From Octopus vulgaris (taxonomy: Eukaryota): a stretch of DNA of 64,000 nucleotides. Position 1 is the stretch's first letter. Each line of letters starts with the position of its first letter. Under the pieces are notes generated by a model. That model was not told the DNA's origin, searched no databases, and saw nothing but the letters and a program-made list of their open reading frames with translations. Position numbers and translations under genes: made by a program. Shown in pieces: positions 38,001 to 51,400 of the stretch. Location of the stretch: NCBI GenBank assembly GCA_951406725.2, contig OX597825.1:80166001-80230000 (forward strand), read 5' to 3'.

Positions 38001-40726
38001 AAGGGTGTGTTTCATTTGAAAACTGGTTGCATCCAATGTAGTTTGAGTTTATTTATTCAACCAGGAAAGAAAAACACATCATCCCGCATTAATTAGTCTT
38101 CCTCTTTCCTCCCCCCCCCCTTTTTTTTTACATTTGTGAAAAGCATTCGTTTCATCACCGATGAAATAATATAACAACAACAACAATAATAATAATTGTT
38201 TGTAATTTAGGTACAAAATCATCAATTTTGAGAGGAAGAGGTAAATGGCTTACCCTGGTCCTAGTACTTATATAGGGGCTTTTTTGATTGACCCCTAAAA
38301 GCATGAATGGCAAAGCCAACCTCAGTGAAATCTGAATTCAAAAATCAAAGAGTATAGGCATAGGAGTGGCTGTGTGGTAAGTAGCTTGCTTACAAACTAC
38401 ATGGTTCCGGGTTCAGTCCCACTGCGTGGCACCTTGGGCAAGTGTCTTCTCTACTATAGCTTTGGGCTGAAATTTCGAACCTGGGCTCTCATTCCTAAGG
38501 TATTTTTCAATGTTGTTGTTGTTATTATTATTATTATTATTTTTATTCAGGTCACTGCCATGGGTATATGGTGTGGTGGTTAAGTGTGTGGGCTACTAAC
38601 CCCAAAATTCCAAGTTCAATTCCAGGCAGTGACCTGAATAATAATAGTATCGAAAATTTCCTTAGGAATGAGAACCCAGGTTCGAAATTTCCCCAAGACA
38701 CCTGATGAAGGCTGGAGGGTATATCAGCTTAAACGTTGTGTTAACAACAAACAAGATGAGAACAAATATTCGTCAAATGTAAATGTAGTTGGCATTAGGA
38801 ATGGCATTCCAGACATCAGAGCTTAATTAGGTTTCTGACTTGCCTGTTTCTGTGAAACTGTCCAACCCATGCCAGCATAGAAAATGGACATTTCATGATA
38901 ATATTATAGTACAACAGTGATTTTTCACACCATTGGTCAGCTTAGATTGTAAAGTTGATGACCCTTGTCTCCTCAAGTGCCAGACATTGGGACTGACCCT
39001 GAGACACCAAGGATGCAAAGACACTAAGTCTGGACCCAGGGTAAAAGCATGAAATGTTTCACTAGGTAAGAAGAAAACACTCCTATACTGGGTAGCATCT
39101 GTTTCAGTAAGTGGACCCCAACCCCCCCACCTCGTGTGAGACCATTCAGTGTTAATCAACACCTGATAAATTCTTAGAGAGAGAGAGTGTGTGAGTGAGT
39201 GAGTGAGCGTGTGAGCGTGAGTGAGCGTGTGTGAGTGAGTGAGTGAGTGTGTGAGTGAGTGAGTGAGTGTGTGAGTGAGTGTGTGTGAGTGAGTGTGTGT
39301 GTGTGAGTGAGTGAGTGTGAACAAGAGACAGAGAGAGATTTAGATTAAGATTTTTAAGTATATAAACACAAAAGTAGAAGATAAAAAAATTAACGAGCAT
39401 CTGCTACATTTTTTAAAGCTTCATGTCTCTAAATGGGGGGGGACAGTCCTACAGTTCATCAAGGTGTGTTGGGGTGGGGGTGGGGGAGAATGTTGTTGTG
39501 TTAAAAGGAATATTCCTTAAAGTTACACAACAGTCTCAGAAACTGCCACAGATATCTGCAAATATGTCAGACGAAGAGAGAAGTAGTTCTTCTACACAGA
39601 AATAGATTTCTTTTCTTTTTTTTTTCTTTTTGTATGTTTGTGTTTTTAACATCACAAGCTACAGAAGTTATTTCTAAAATAAGGTACAAAATGAAAAATT
39701 TCAGGGGAAGGGGTTAGTCAATTAAATCAACCCCCCAGTACTTGATTGGTACTTTATGGACCCTGGAAGGACAATAAACAAAATCGACCTTGGTTGGATT
39801 TGAACTCAAAATATAAGAAGCCATAGCAAATATGGTGAGTCAATTTCTTTTCTGATATTCTAACAGTTCTGCCAACGCAAAACCATTCATGATTGGTTCT
39901 AATTGAAACACAAAGTTTGAGGAGAGGGGTTAGGTGATGCCATCAGCCCCTAATATTAAGGCGACGAGCTGGCAGAAACGTTAGCACTCCGGGCGAAATG
40001 CTTACTGGTATTTCGTCTGTTGCTATGTTCTGAGTTCAAAACCCAGCAAGGTTGACTTTGCCTTTCATCCTTTCGGGGTCGATTAAATTAAGTACCAGTT
40101 ACGCACTGGGGTCGATATAATCGACTTAATCCATTTGTCTGTCCTTGTTTGTCCCCTCTGTGTTTAGCTCCTTGTGGGTAGTAAAGAAATAGGTATTGTC
40201 TGCCGCTATGTTCTGAGTTCAAATTGCGCCACGGTCGACTTTGCCTTTCATCCTTTCAGGGTCGATTAAATGAGTACCAGTTATGCACTGGGGTCGATGT
40301 AATCGATTTAATCTGTTTATCTGTCCTTGTTTGCCCCACTCTGCATGTAGCCCCTTGTAAGCAGTAAAGAAATAAGAAATCAGCCCCTAGTATTTGACTG
40401 GTACTTTATTGACCCTGGAGGACTAAAAGACAAAACTAACCCCAGTGGGATCTGAACTCAGAATATAAAGAACCAGAAAAAAAAAATGCTATAAAACTTT
40501 TTCCCCAAGGCTCTAAAAATTCTATCAATTCACTACTTCATCCCAAACTATAATAAATGTTAACATTAAAATAATGAACCCACCTCTCACCTCCACCCCA
40601 CCCAAACAGATGGAATTTTCACTTCCATTCCATTCAGTCTAATATAAAGGATTGGAATTTCTAAAAGTTCATTTTACCATTCAACAAAATCATTAAGTTT
40701 TTTTTTTTCTTTTTCTTTCAGTAACC

Positions 40727-40763
<37 letters not shown>

Positions 40764-41837
40764 CACGCAAAGGTAGTCACAAATGGGGTAAATTTAACGA
40801 AATTGATTGCAAAAGAAGAAAAAAACCCCAAAAAACAAAGAGGATTTGTTTATTTCTTGTGTGATGTGAACTTATTTATGTTGATGGCAACCAGATATCA
40901 AATGAAACAGAAGGCAGGATATAACAACAACACCAACAGTACCACCAACGCCAACATCCTGCACAGCAACATGTTCCGGTGCCAAGACAAGCTGCTGTTT
41001 GACAGAAGTGGATCAAAAGTTAACCAAATTCTTCTCTGCTTACAGACTGATAAATTGCTTGTGTGAGAGAGGTGTGAAGGAATGTCAGGAACATGTCTAA
41101 AGTTTCTTCCTATGGAAAACAGAGCTGTACAGTGTCAGGAATGTCAAAGTACGAACATTTCTGAAGAATGTCATAACTGCACTGAGATCATGTAAATTCA
41201 ACCGATTCTTACATTAAAAACATGTTTTAACGAAAATTTTCCTAATCAGCAAATAAGGGAGGTGAGGTCTTTTTTATTTCTTTTCTTTTCCGCTTGCATG
41301 AGTCAAGACAGAGATTTGTTTGGGGCACGATTCTGTGGCCAGATGCTCTTCCTGTTACCAAACTTTGCCTGTTTTTTTTTAACCAAAGCATATCTTTACT
41401 CCAAAGGTCATCAAAGGCACAGAACAACTGGTCATCATAATGCCAACCTCAGCAACAAATGTGAAAATATATAAATACTGACCCACATTCATGCACACAC
41501 CCATGCAAACATGTGTGTGTGTGTGTGTGTGTGTGCCTATTACTTGTTTGTCATTAGACTGTGGCCATGCTGGGGCAGTGTCTTGAAGAATTTTTTATCT
41601 TATGAATTGACAGCAGTTCTTTTTTTTTTTTAAAGCCTGGTACTTATTCTATCAGTATCCTTTGCTGAACTGCTAAGTTACAGGGATATAAACACACCAA
41701 CACAGGTTGTCAAGTGGTGATGGGGGACAAACGTTCACATATATATGTATTATATAAACGGTAGGCTTCTTTCTTAAGTATTTTAGGTTAATTATGTTAA
41801 TTAGGGATAGTTAATTCCTCTCCATTAAACATATATA

Positions 41838-41882
<45 letters not shown>

Positions 41883-44800
41883 TTTACATATTATGAAGAT
41901 GTACTTGCATAGCAAGTGATCTGATCCGAGATCATGTGCTGGAACACAAACAATTGCAGCGTGGAAGGTGTTTATAAGCCATTTAAGAAACACACAAAAA
42001 CCGTTAGATTCACTTCAACATTTGAATTTAATTTGCCAAAATATTTTCGTCACTTTGAGACCGCACCCTGTTCACTGACAAAATTCACGGAAGTGAATCT
42101 AACGGTCTTTGTGTGTTTCTTAAATGGCTTATAAACACCTTCCACACTGCAATTGTTTTCATATTATATACATATACACACATATATACATATATATATA
42201 TATTTATTATTATTATTATCTATTGATTTATATAGTATTTTGTGTGCTTTTGATGTTCTCATTTGTAAAATGAATAAATAATCTAACATTATAATATCCG
42301 TAAGTTGATGAACAAACTAAATTTGTTTCTCCATTTTCTTATTTGTATTATATACACACACACATATATATATATATATACACACATCTGTTGTTAGTAT
42401 TAAGTTAGTAGTTTTAATTATCGATGGTTAAGACTAAAAAGGGGTTTGTATATGTTATATGTTTTAGGTTAATTATTTTTAATTATGGGCCGTTAGAGTA
42501 TAGGATGAACAGATACCTATTAAGAGTTCTGAGTCAGCTGTTTTAGTACTTGGGGGTCATTAGAATATTTAGGGCAACAAACTATTCACTAGTTCGCACC
42601 TATGTCTAGTCTCCACTCCTGCCACCTACCCAAAACAAAAACAATGTTTAAGGCAAACCCTAGTGGTAAACAAACATGCACACGGGCCCACCCTCGCCTC
42701 ATAATTAACTATTGATAAGCTACTGACGTCAGTTATATCAAGGCAGGCCATCATTCCCTGCTCTTCCATACAAAACTATAACGGGGGGGGGGGGGGTAGG
42801 AGAGGGATGGTAAGCTGTGTTAGAAGAAGGCCAAAGGCTTGACTTGGCTTTATTATTATTATTATTATAACAAAAGAGCCTGGGAATAAAGAGGGATAGG
42901 TCAGTTAGGAAAGAGAAAGGAAGGAGTTGTCATTGCATTCTTGCCCTACAAAATGGTGGTGGTGCTGGTGGTGGTGGACAGGAATGGTAATTATGATGTA
43001 AATTAAAGGTAAAATGTCTTCATTATTCAGCAGTTGAGTTAGCAACAGGGAAATACAGGTTTATGGTGATATAAGGAGGTAAATAAGGAGAGTTATTTGC
43101 ATAAAGGGGAAAATAATGAGGTGGGGAGTGGGGAGAGAGAGAGAGAGAGAGAAGAAATAAATGAAAGAGGGAGAGAGCTGGAAGAAGAGAGAGAAGAGAG
43201 AGAAGGGGAGAGAGAGCAAGAAGAGAAAGAAATAAGGAAATAAAGTAAATGAGATAAAGAGAGGGGAGACAATAGGGAAAAGACAGAGGTGGGGGGGGGG
43301 GGGTTAGAGAGCCAAAGGAGAGCAGCAGTTGCTTTTTAAGTGTATCAAAGGTTTGAATGAACACCACAACATCCACAATCTAAACAGTTACCTTACCCTT
43401 CTGCTGTATTTCTTGTACATTCAATGAACAGCGCCCACCACTGCCACCGGTATGTTCTTATTAGTCCTTAACTTTTACATGCCACCGACACAGGTGCCAT
43501 CTACTTGACACCGGCAACAACCACAACTACGATTCCTGGGTGAGTGCCATTTACATGGCACCATCAACAGCTACAACTACAATTCCTGGGTCAGAACATA
43601 TATCATGTCCAGAGATGTCCAAAGATTTGTTTGTCTCTCGTCTATTTTTAACCCTTTAGCACTCAGGTTTCTTCGCTGAATGTAATGGTTGTTTATTCAC
43701 ATTGCTTTCCACAGAAACAGCATGATGATCCATACAAAAAGCATCCTGTCCACACTGTAAAGTGGTTGGCATTTGGAAGAGCAGCATCCAGCTGTAAAAA
43801 ACCCTCTCAAAACTGACACAGAAGTCTGGTGCAGTCTTCTGCCTAACCAGCTTGTATCAAACCATCCAACCCATGCCAGCATGGAAGGCAGATGTTAAAC
43901 AATGATGAGGATGATATTTCATAGCTTCAAGATTTCAACATGACTGTATATGTTTAGAATGACATTGTAGGGTAAGGGTGAAAGAACAGATCCAGCTGGA
44001 CATAGAATAGACAGAATATTTTGGCCAGATGGGGTTAGTTTAAATGTTGAAGGGTTAAAGGATACAAAAATTAAGGGTTAAATTAAAATTAAAATCCAGT
44101 AGCAACTCCTATGAACTTTTAAGGATCACAAAAGAATGAAGAAGGAATTTATGTTGGTTTGGCATCCTTCACTTTTTCTGTTTGAATTACATTCCAGTGA
44201 TTGATGGAGGTTGTGGGTTACAAGTTATGGAGAAGAGAAGAACTGAGTAAAAAACAGAAGACTATCATTCAGAACATAATGAAATAATTGATAATGGCTT
44301 ACCCTGCAGTTACTGGAACTGATCTCTGTAATATTAGGACAGTGGTCATAATGAGTTTCCTGCAAATGACTAATATCCCTGGAAATAAAAAAAATAAAAT
44401 ACAGATATATAGCAGCACACACACACATACATATATATACAATAGGCTTCCACACAGTTTCCATCAAACAATTCCCTTCAAAAGGCATTGGTTAGCCCAA
44501 AGGCATAGTAACAGAAATTTAAAATTTCTTCCATGAAAATCTCAGTCAATTTATGTTCCAAACACCAGCTTTAATGATGGACAAAGTTATTTTACTGAAT
44601 TTTTCATTATTTTTAAAATTGATAAAACAGAAGCAATATATTTCAACAGAAATATGGTAATAAAAAGGCAAAGTAGCTTCCTACATCTTTCGTTGAATAT
44701 GGTCTGTGTTTGTTACGGTGTGAAGTGTGAAAAATAATCTTAGCTCCACTTAGGGTTTGAACTCAGAAGTGTGAAGTCTAAAATCAGATGCTATTAACTA

Positions 44801-45367
44801 TTGACTGTGCTGCATCCACCATTCATGTTTTTGTCACTGCACCCCCAACACCCACATTCATCTCAAGATGACTGCATCACTAACTATACAGTAGACCAGT
44901 GTTTCTCAACCGGAGTTCCCTGGAACCCTAGAGTTCTGCAAAAGGTTCCTAGGGGTTCCACAAGAAAGAGTCAGATAAGCTAGTGCTAATTTCACGATCG
45001 TAATATATATAAATTTTTTTTTTTCGTAATGAGATAAAAAACCAAGGCTGCGTAGATTTTAGAGCATTTATTGATAAACGGTCTTACAGCTGTTTCCAAG
45101 ATATTTATTAATTATATCCCTTCATCGGAGACGGTGTGAAAGGAAAAATTAAGTCATAGTTAGTTTCAATGTGATACAAAATAGAGAGTGAGGTGGAGAA
45201 AAGAAAATAGATGTGAGATATGTAGGGATATTGTATTTGTAGATCCCTTTTTTTTTAAGGCAGAATGGTATACATATAAGATTCCAATACCTTATGAGTA
45301 AAACGCATAGTATTTAAAATTGGTCATTCCGAGTATAGAGTTTATACACAGTGTTATTGAATCAAGG

Positions 45368-45444
<77 letters not shown>

Positions 45445-48400
45445 TGAAAGAGATTCAGTTGAATTAAGTACTTAAGTTGAAGCACCAAGCCAGTCTGGTA
45501 TTATCCACACAGCTTGAAGCAAGGTGAGTAAAATCAAAATAAGCAACAGGATATCAAGTAGCAATGCAGTACGACTGTTTAAAGTGGCTCCATTTAACTG
45601 AACAATGCAATGATTACATCAATTTAAATGCAGTGCTATCTTCAGCTGCACAAAATATAGACTTTTTTTAACAAGTAGAAAACATTGATATAATTTTTCT
45701 TAAATATTTTAACAAGAGTAAGAAGATGGAAGAAATTCATGTTGTCACTATTGTAGCAAGATAGCACTGCATTTAAATAGATGTAATGATTGCATTGTTC
45801 AATTAAATGGAGTTGCTTGAAACGGTTGTACTGCATCACTTCTTGATATCCTGTTGCTTACATATGTGACATTAACAATGTGAACTATGATGAAAAAAAT
45901 ATGAGAAAGGTACGGTATATAATTTTTTTTGAGCAGGGGTTCCTTGAGATATGTAATTTATTTTAAAGGGTAAAAAAGGTTGTGAAACACTGCAGTAGAC
46001 TAATGGAGCCTCTGTGTCGTTACTAGATCTATTAGAAGCAGTAACCAAATACCCTCAGATCACAGCTTGCTGTCTTACAAAAACAACCCCCAAAACATAA
46101 TAGATATACAAAAAAAATGGGAGGGTCATGACTGGAATGCTTTTCAGAAAAGGTCTGGTGAATTTCAATAGCAATTTGAGTTCTCAAAAACCTTCTACAG
46201 TCTCAAAACTGTGAAGGAACTTTTTCAACTGTGACTGAAGTTCTAGAGAACTTTCTTGGTTCTTCTGAGTCTCAAAGAGAATTCTTTCAACTAGAATTTG
46301 GTTTCTTAAGAAACTTTCTAGTTGTAGAAAATTCTAATTAGACATGACATTTATTGTAGGTCTTTAGGCTGATGCGTATAAATACCATCAGCTCTGGTGG
46401 AATATACTGAAAGGGTGGGGGTGGACGGTGGGGGAGGAAAGAAGCGTGAAGAGAAAGTAAAGATTAATGACTTTATCTATTTTAAGTAAAAGAGATAGTA
46501 TTTATTAAAAGACCATTTGTGACTAGACTCTAAAGTACCCTAGCAGATGCAGGATGCATGCCCTGTGATTCTCTGGTGCCTGAAATACTCGGAACAAATC
46601 ATAAATGCTAGGAAGTAGACTATTTATAGAAAGTATGGCAGGAATAATAGTAAGAACAGGGAGCCGAAACCAACACAGCCAAAAAATAATTATAAAAAAC
46701 TCAAAAAAAAAACAACAACCGAACAATGCTTTTTATTTTATTTACTTATTATTTTTACATGTGATTCCAGGAAAATACGGCTGAATGTTTGGGTAGAGAC
46801 ATGGATAGTTGCAGGCTACTAACTACTCTATTGTGAAGAACAGCGCTTATCTGTCAGACAGACAGACTGATGCCAGCAGATGCCAGAGTGGCTTTACTAG
46901 GAAGATTTAAATCGATGGCCATATAGGCACAGGTGCTGCTGTGTGGTAAGAAGCTTCCTTCCCAACAACGTGGGTCCAGGTTCAGTCCCACCTTGGGTAA
47001 GAGTTTTCTACTCTGGCCTGAAATCAAACAAAGCCTTGGGAGTGGATTTGGTAGACGGAAACTGAAAGAAGCTTGTCATTTAAATATGTGTGTATATGTA
47101 TGTTTGATCCCTACCACCACTTAACTGGTGTTGGTGTGCTTACATCCCTGTAACTTAGCAGTTCAACAAAAGAGACTGATAGAATAATAAGTACCAGGTT
47201 TTAAAATCTTTTAAATAAATAAATATGGTGGTAGGGAGGGGGGGGGTCACTTCGTCTGACTAAAACTTCAAGGCAGTGCCCCAGCATGGCCACAGTCTAA
47301 TGACTGAAACTGGCAAAAGATTAAAAAAAAACAAGTAAATTGTCCAATTCTTTAAACTTGCAGCCATTGTATATTGTTTTAAAAGACCGAAGGGTCAAAA
47401 CAAACCAACCAAAATAATAACGATTGTTTAGTGGAAGCAGTCGGCTGGAAAAGAATGAAAGAATAGAAAATTTCTAGAATTGCTTCATTAACCATTTTTA
47501 TGAAAGGAATCCAAAATAAACTCAGAGTAATTTAACAGCAGGAAAAGTTCCGGATGAAAGAATCACTTTTGGTTTTTGATGGCATCAAAAACAAAGCGAT
47601 TAGGTAAATCTTTAGAAATAATTGATAAATAAATGCATATTTGAAGTTTTTGGTTCATTAATTATAATGAACTTAAAGACAATTAACCCTTTCGTTACTG
47701 AATTTCTGTTGAGATGCTCTGTGTTTCTTTTAATTACTTTAGATATAACAAAGTATTTAGTAAAATAACTTAGTTATCATTCAGAACTTTTGAAAAGAAA
47801 ACATTTGTACTACAGAGCCAGAGGCGGTTTCAGCCAGGTTGGTATCAAAAAGGCTCATTTGCAGATTGGCTTGTTAGAAATAGCAGCCAAATCTTGTGCA
47901 AATTGAAGAACATTTGACTGACTGTCTTTAACCCTTTTGTTACCATATTTCTGTTACATAGCTCTGTGTTTCTTTCATTTAATCTTAAATATAACAAAGA
48001 ATTTAGTAAAATCACTTAGTTATTATCAGTAAGCTAGTGTTAGGAACATAAATTGTGACTAAGGTTTGGTGGAAGATTTTAATTCAGAACTTTTGAAAAC
48101 AAGACATTTGTACTACAGAGCCAGTTTCAGTTCGGTTGGTAATGAAACAGTTAAAGCATCGAGCTGGAAGATTCATTAACACATCACACGAAATACTTAG
48201 CAATATTTCTTCCATTCTTAACATTCTGAGTTCAAGTACACCAAAGCCAACTTTATCCCTCCATCATTTTGGAGGTCAATAAAATAGAGTACCAGTCAAG
48301 AATGAGAAGTGTGGTTGATGTAATCAATTCACCGCTTTCCCCTTAAATCTTTGGCCTTCTGCCAAAATTTGAAACAGCTTTAATGAGTTGTAACGACAAT

Positions 48401-51400
48401 GCTTGTGTCTTGTGTGAAAGTATATAACTATATCATCATTTTCAATGTTGGCATGGGTTGGATGGCTCGACTGGGGACTGGTAAGCCAGGAGGCTGCACC
48501 AGGCTCCAATCTGATCTGGCAAGGTTTCTACAGCTGGATGCCCTTCCTAATGCCAACCACTCCGAGAGTGTAGCGGGTGCTTTTTACATGCTACCGGCAC
48601 GGGGAGCCAGTCAGGCAGCTCTGGCATCGACCCACGCTTGAGTGGTGCTTACTATGTGCCACCAGCATGGGTGCCAGTGGCATGTAATAAGCACCAGTCA
48701 AGAATGGGTTGATGCCAGTGCCACTTGACTGGCTCCCTATGCCGGTGGCACATAAAAAGCACCATCCAAACGTGGTCAATGCCAGTCCACCATTGACTGG
48801 CTCTTGTGACACACACATATATATATATATATATTTGTTATTTGTGTGTATTTATCCCCCCCCCCCATCACTTGGCAACTGATGTTGGTGTGTTTACATC
48901 CCTGTCACTTAGCAGTTTGGCAAAAAGACCAATAGAACAAGTACTAGGCTTACAAAGACTATGTCCTGGGGTCAATTTGTTCAACTAAAGGCAGTGCCCC
49001 AGCATGGCCACAGTCAAATGACTGAAACAAGTAAAAGAATAAAAAAGAACATATATATATATCCAAAAGACTAAATTCAAACTTCTGGGACCCATCCAGC
49101 TTCATGATTTACCAAACGATTTGCTCCAATTTTTCTTCACCAGGATTCAATATTTTTAGAATAACCTCATCCATTTGTTATCCAGCACAAATAACAATTC
49201 AATACAAACAATGATAAAGGCCTTGGGTTTAAAGTTAAGAGGGAAACAGCGTTGTGATGTTTATGCCTTTCTTGAGATATTACTGGAGTAAATGAAATGA
49301 ACTGAATTCAGATGGGGATTGAAACCAAGACAGATTTATCTCACTATCGGATCACTTCTACTTTATTCTGTAAACTAATCACACAAACTTCTTATTACAC
49401 CTCGGGGCATAAGGCGCCCCAGAAGACTATCAACTCTCTTTTCTCAGAAGACTAACGAGTATGAAAATAAATATATAAATAAAATATAAATAAGATAACG
49501 ATAGATAATGAGTTTTGTGAATCAGTGCACATAACATATATTTAATTGTTGCTATTACACAGACAGATAAGTGTAGAAACCAAGGAATTTCGGTGCCTGA
49601 CAGCATCACATTGGTACAGTTGTTATGTGGCTGTAATTTGACACTATATAAAGTTAGAATCTCCGAAAGAACAAGAATTTTTATCTCGGGGTCTGAGGCA
49701 AGAAAAAAAAAAAAAGTGGTTATTACACCAAATAAGAAGTCTGTAGAGTGAGGCTAGTTTGGAATTGCATTAGCAAATAACTCTTGGATTCCTTTCCCTC
49801 ACGTGTTTTTGGTAAATGATTAATATAAAGTAATTCCTTAACCCTTTTAGCATTCGGATTATTCTGTCAAATATAATCCTTATTTATCCACATTGCTTTG
49901 AATTAATCTGGCATTATCACTTAGCTTTGAAATTTCAGTGAGGTGAACAGTTTTAGAATGACAGTGTAGGGCAGATGTGAGAGGCCTGATATGGCCAGTT
50001 TGAACATAAAACAGACTATTTTGGCTGGATTATGGCTGGTTTAAATGCTAAAGGGTTAAACCAGAGATTAATCTTCCTAATAACCCTCCTCCTCCTCCTC
50101 TTCATCATCATCATCATCATTCAAACATTCCTCTTCTGTGCTGGCATGGGTTGTATGATCCAACAGGATTCAGAGTCTGAGGACTGAGCTAAACTAATGT
50201 ATTTTGTGTATAAGTGCATATATGCATATACTTAAGGGTATATACGCCTGTGTCTGGACACAGTTACACACACACACATAGTGGTGGGGGTGGTGTGTTT
50301 TTTTAAGGGTCAAATGAACTATGTTGAGACGGGTTTTCTGTAGCCAGGTGCTCTTCTTGTCACTAACCCTCACCTGCTAGTGTGTTTACGTCCCTGTAAC
50401 TTAGCAGTTCAGCAAAAGTAACCGATAGAATAAGTACTAGGCTTACAAAGAATAAGTCCTGGGGTCAATAAGCTCAACTAAAGGCGATGCTCCAGCATGG
50501 TCACAGTCAAATGACTGAAACAAGTAAAAGAGTATCATTAAGTGTGAATAAAATATTGGTTTCAAATTTTGGCACAAGGCCAGCAATTTCTAGGTAGGGT
50601 TTAAGTTGAATGCTCAGAGTAACGCCAACCACTCCGAGCACCCACTACACTCTCAGAGTGGTTGGCATTAGGAAGGGCATCCAGCTGTAGAAACTCTGCC
50701 GGATCAAGATTGGGGCCTGGTGCAGCCATCTGGTTCGCCAGCCCTCAGTCAAAATCGTCCAACCCATGCTAGCATGGAAAGCAGACATTAAATGAATGAT
50801 GATGATGATGATGATGACATCAACCCCAGTATTCTACCGGTATTTATTTTATCAACTTTGAAAGAATGAAAGGTGAAGTGAACTTTAGAGAAATTTGAAC
50901 TCAAAGCAAAGGTGTATGAAATGTTGCTAAGCATTTTGCCTGGTGCAGTAACAATGCTTTAAGACGTGTGAGGCTAAAATATTATTGAATGCATTCACAA
51001 AAGATAATTGCAATCAAGAAGGAAGCTTAAGAGTGTTTAGAAGTGAATAAGTTCCAGAAGGCAACTCGAGAATGGTAGAATTGTGTAAGGCAAATTCTTG
51101 GCTGTGTGTCAGCAGAGGGGAGAGCTTCCAGGTTCAACAGAAACATGCCATGATAAGATTTCACAATCAATTATAAAATGCTGACAAAAAGGAAAAAGCA
51201 TCTGGTTTAAAACAAAAACAACACATTGACATGTGCGATGACATTTGGTTGTTGGTTGGTAACAAGTTCATTGGGTTTGTAGAGATTAAACTGATAAAAC
51301 CTTGTTCACAGATGGTGAGGGGAACAACTATCAGTGGTAGTGGTGGTGGTGGTGGAGGGGGGTTAAATTAGGGAGCATTTTGGTTTTATTTCAGGGCATG

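Larger units (their letters stand above)
44897..45992. mobile_element. Non-autonomous hAT (Charlie/Buster-like) element with nested insertions
   Basis: TIRs CAGTGTTTCTCAACC / GGTTGTGAAACACTG; perfect 8-bp TSD CAGTAGAC at 44889-44896 and 45993-46000. Confidence 0.85.

Noticed and set aside
38562-38634. tRNA gene (also the tRNA-like heads at 3098, 9373, 23380-23450 and 27630-27712)
   Set aside because: The acceptor stems do not pair, and each head is fused to repeat body sequence, so these are SINE heads.
45540-45860. Hammerhead in this inverted repeat (GAAACGGTTGTA segment)
   Set aside because: No CUGANGA-like or compensated core at the required position; kept only as an inverted repeat.
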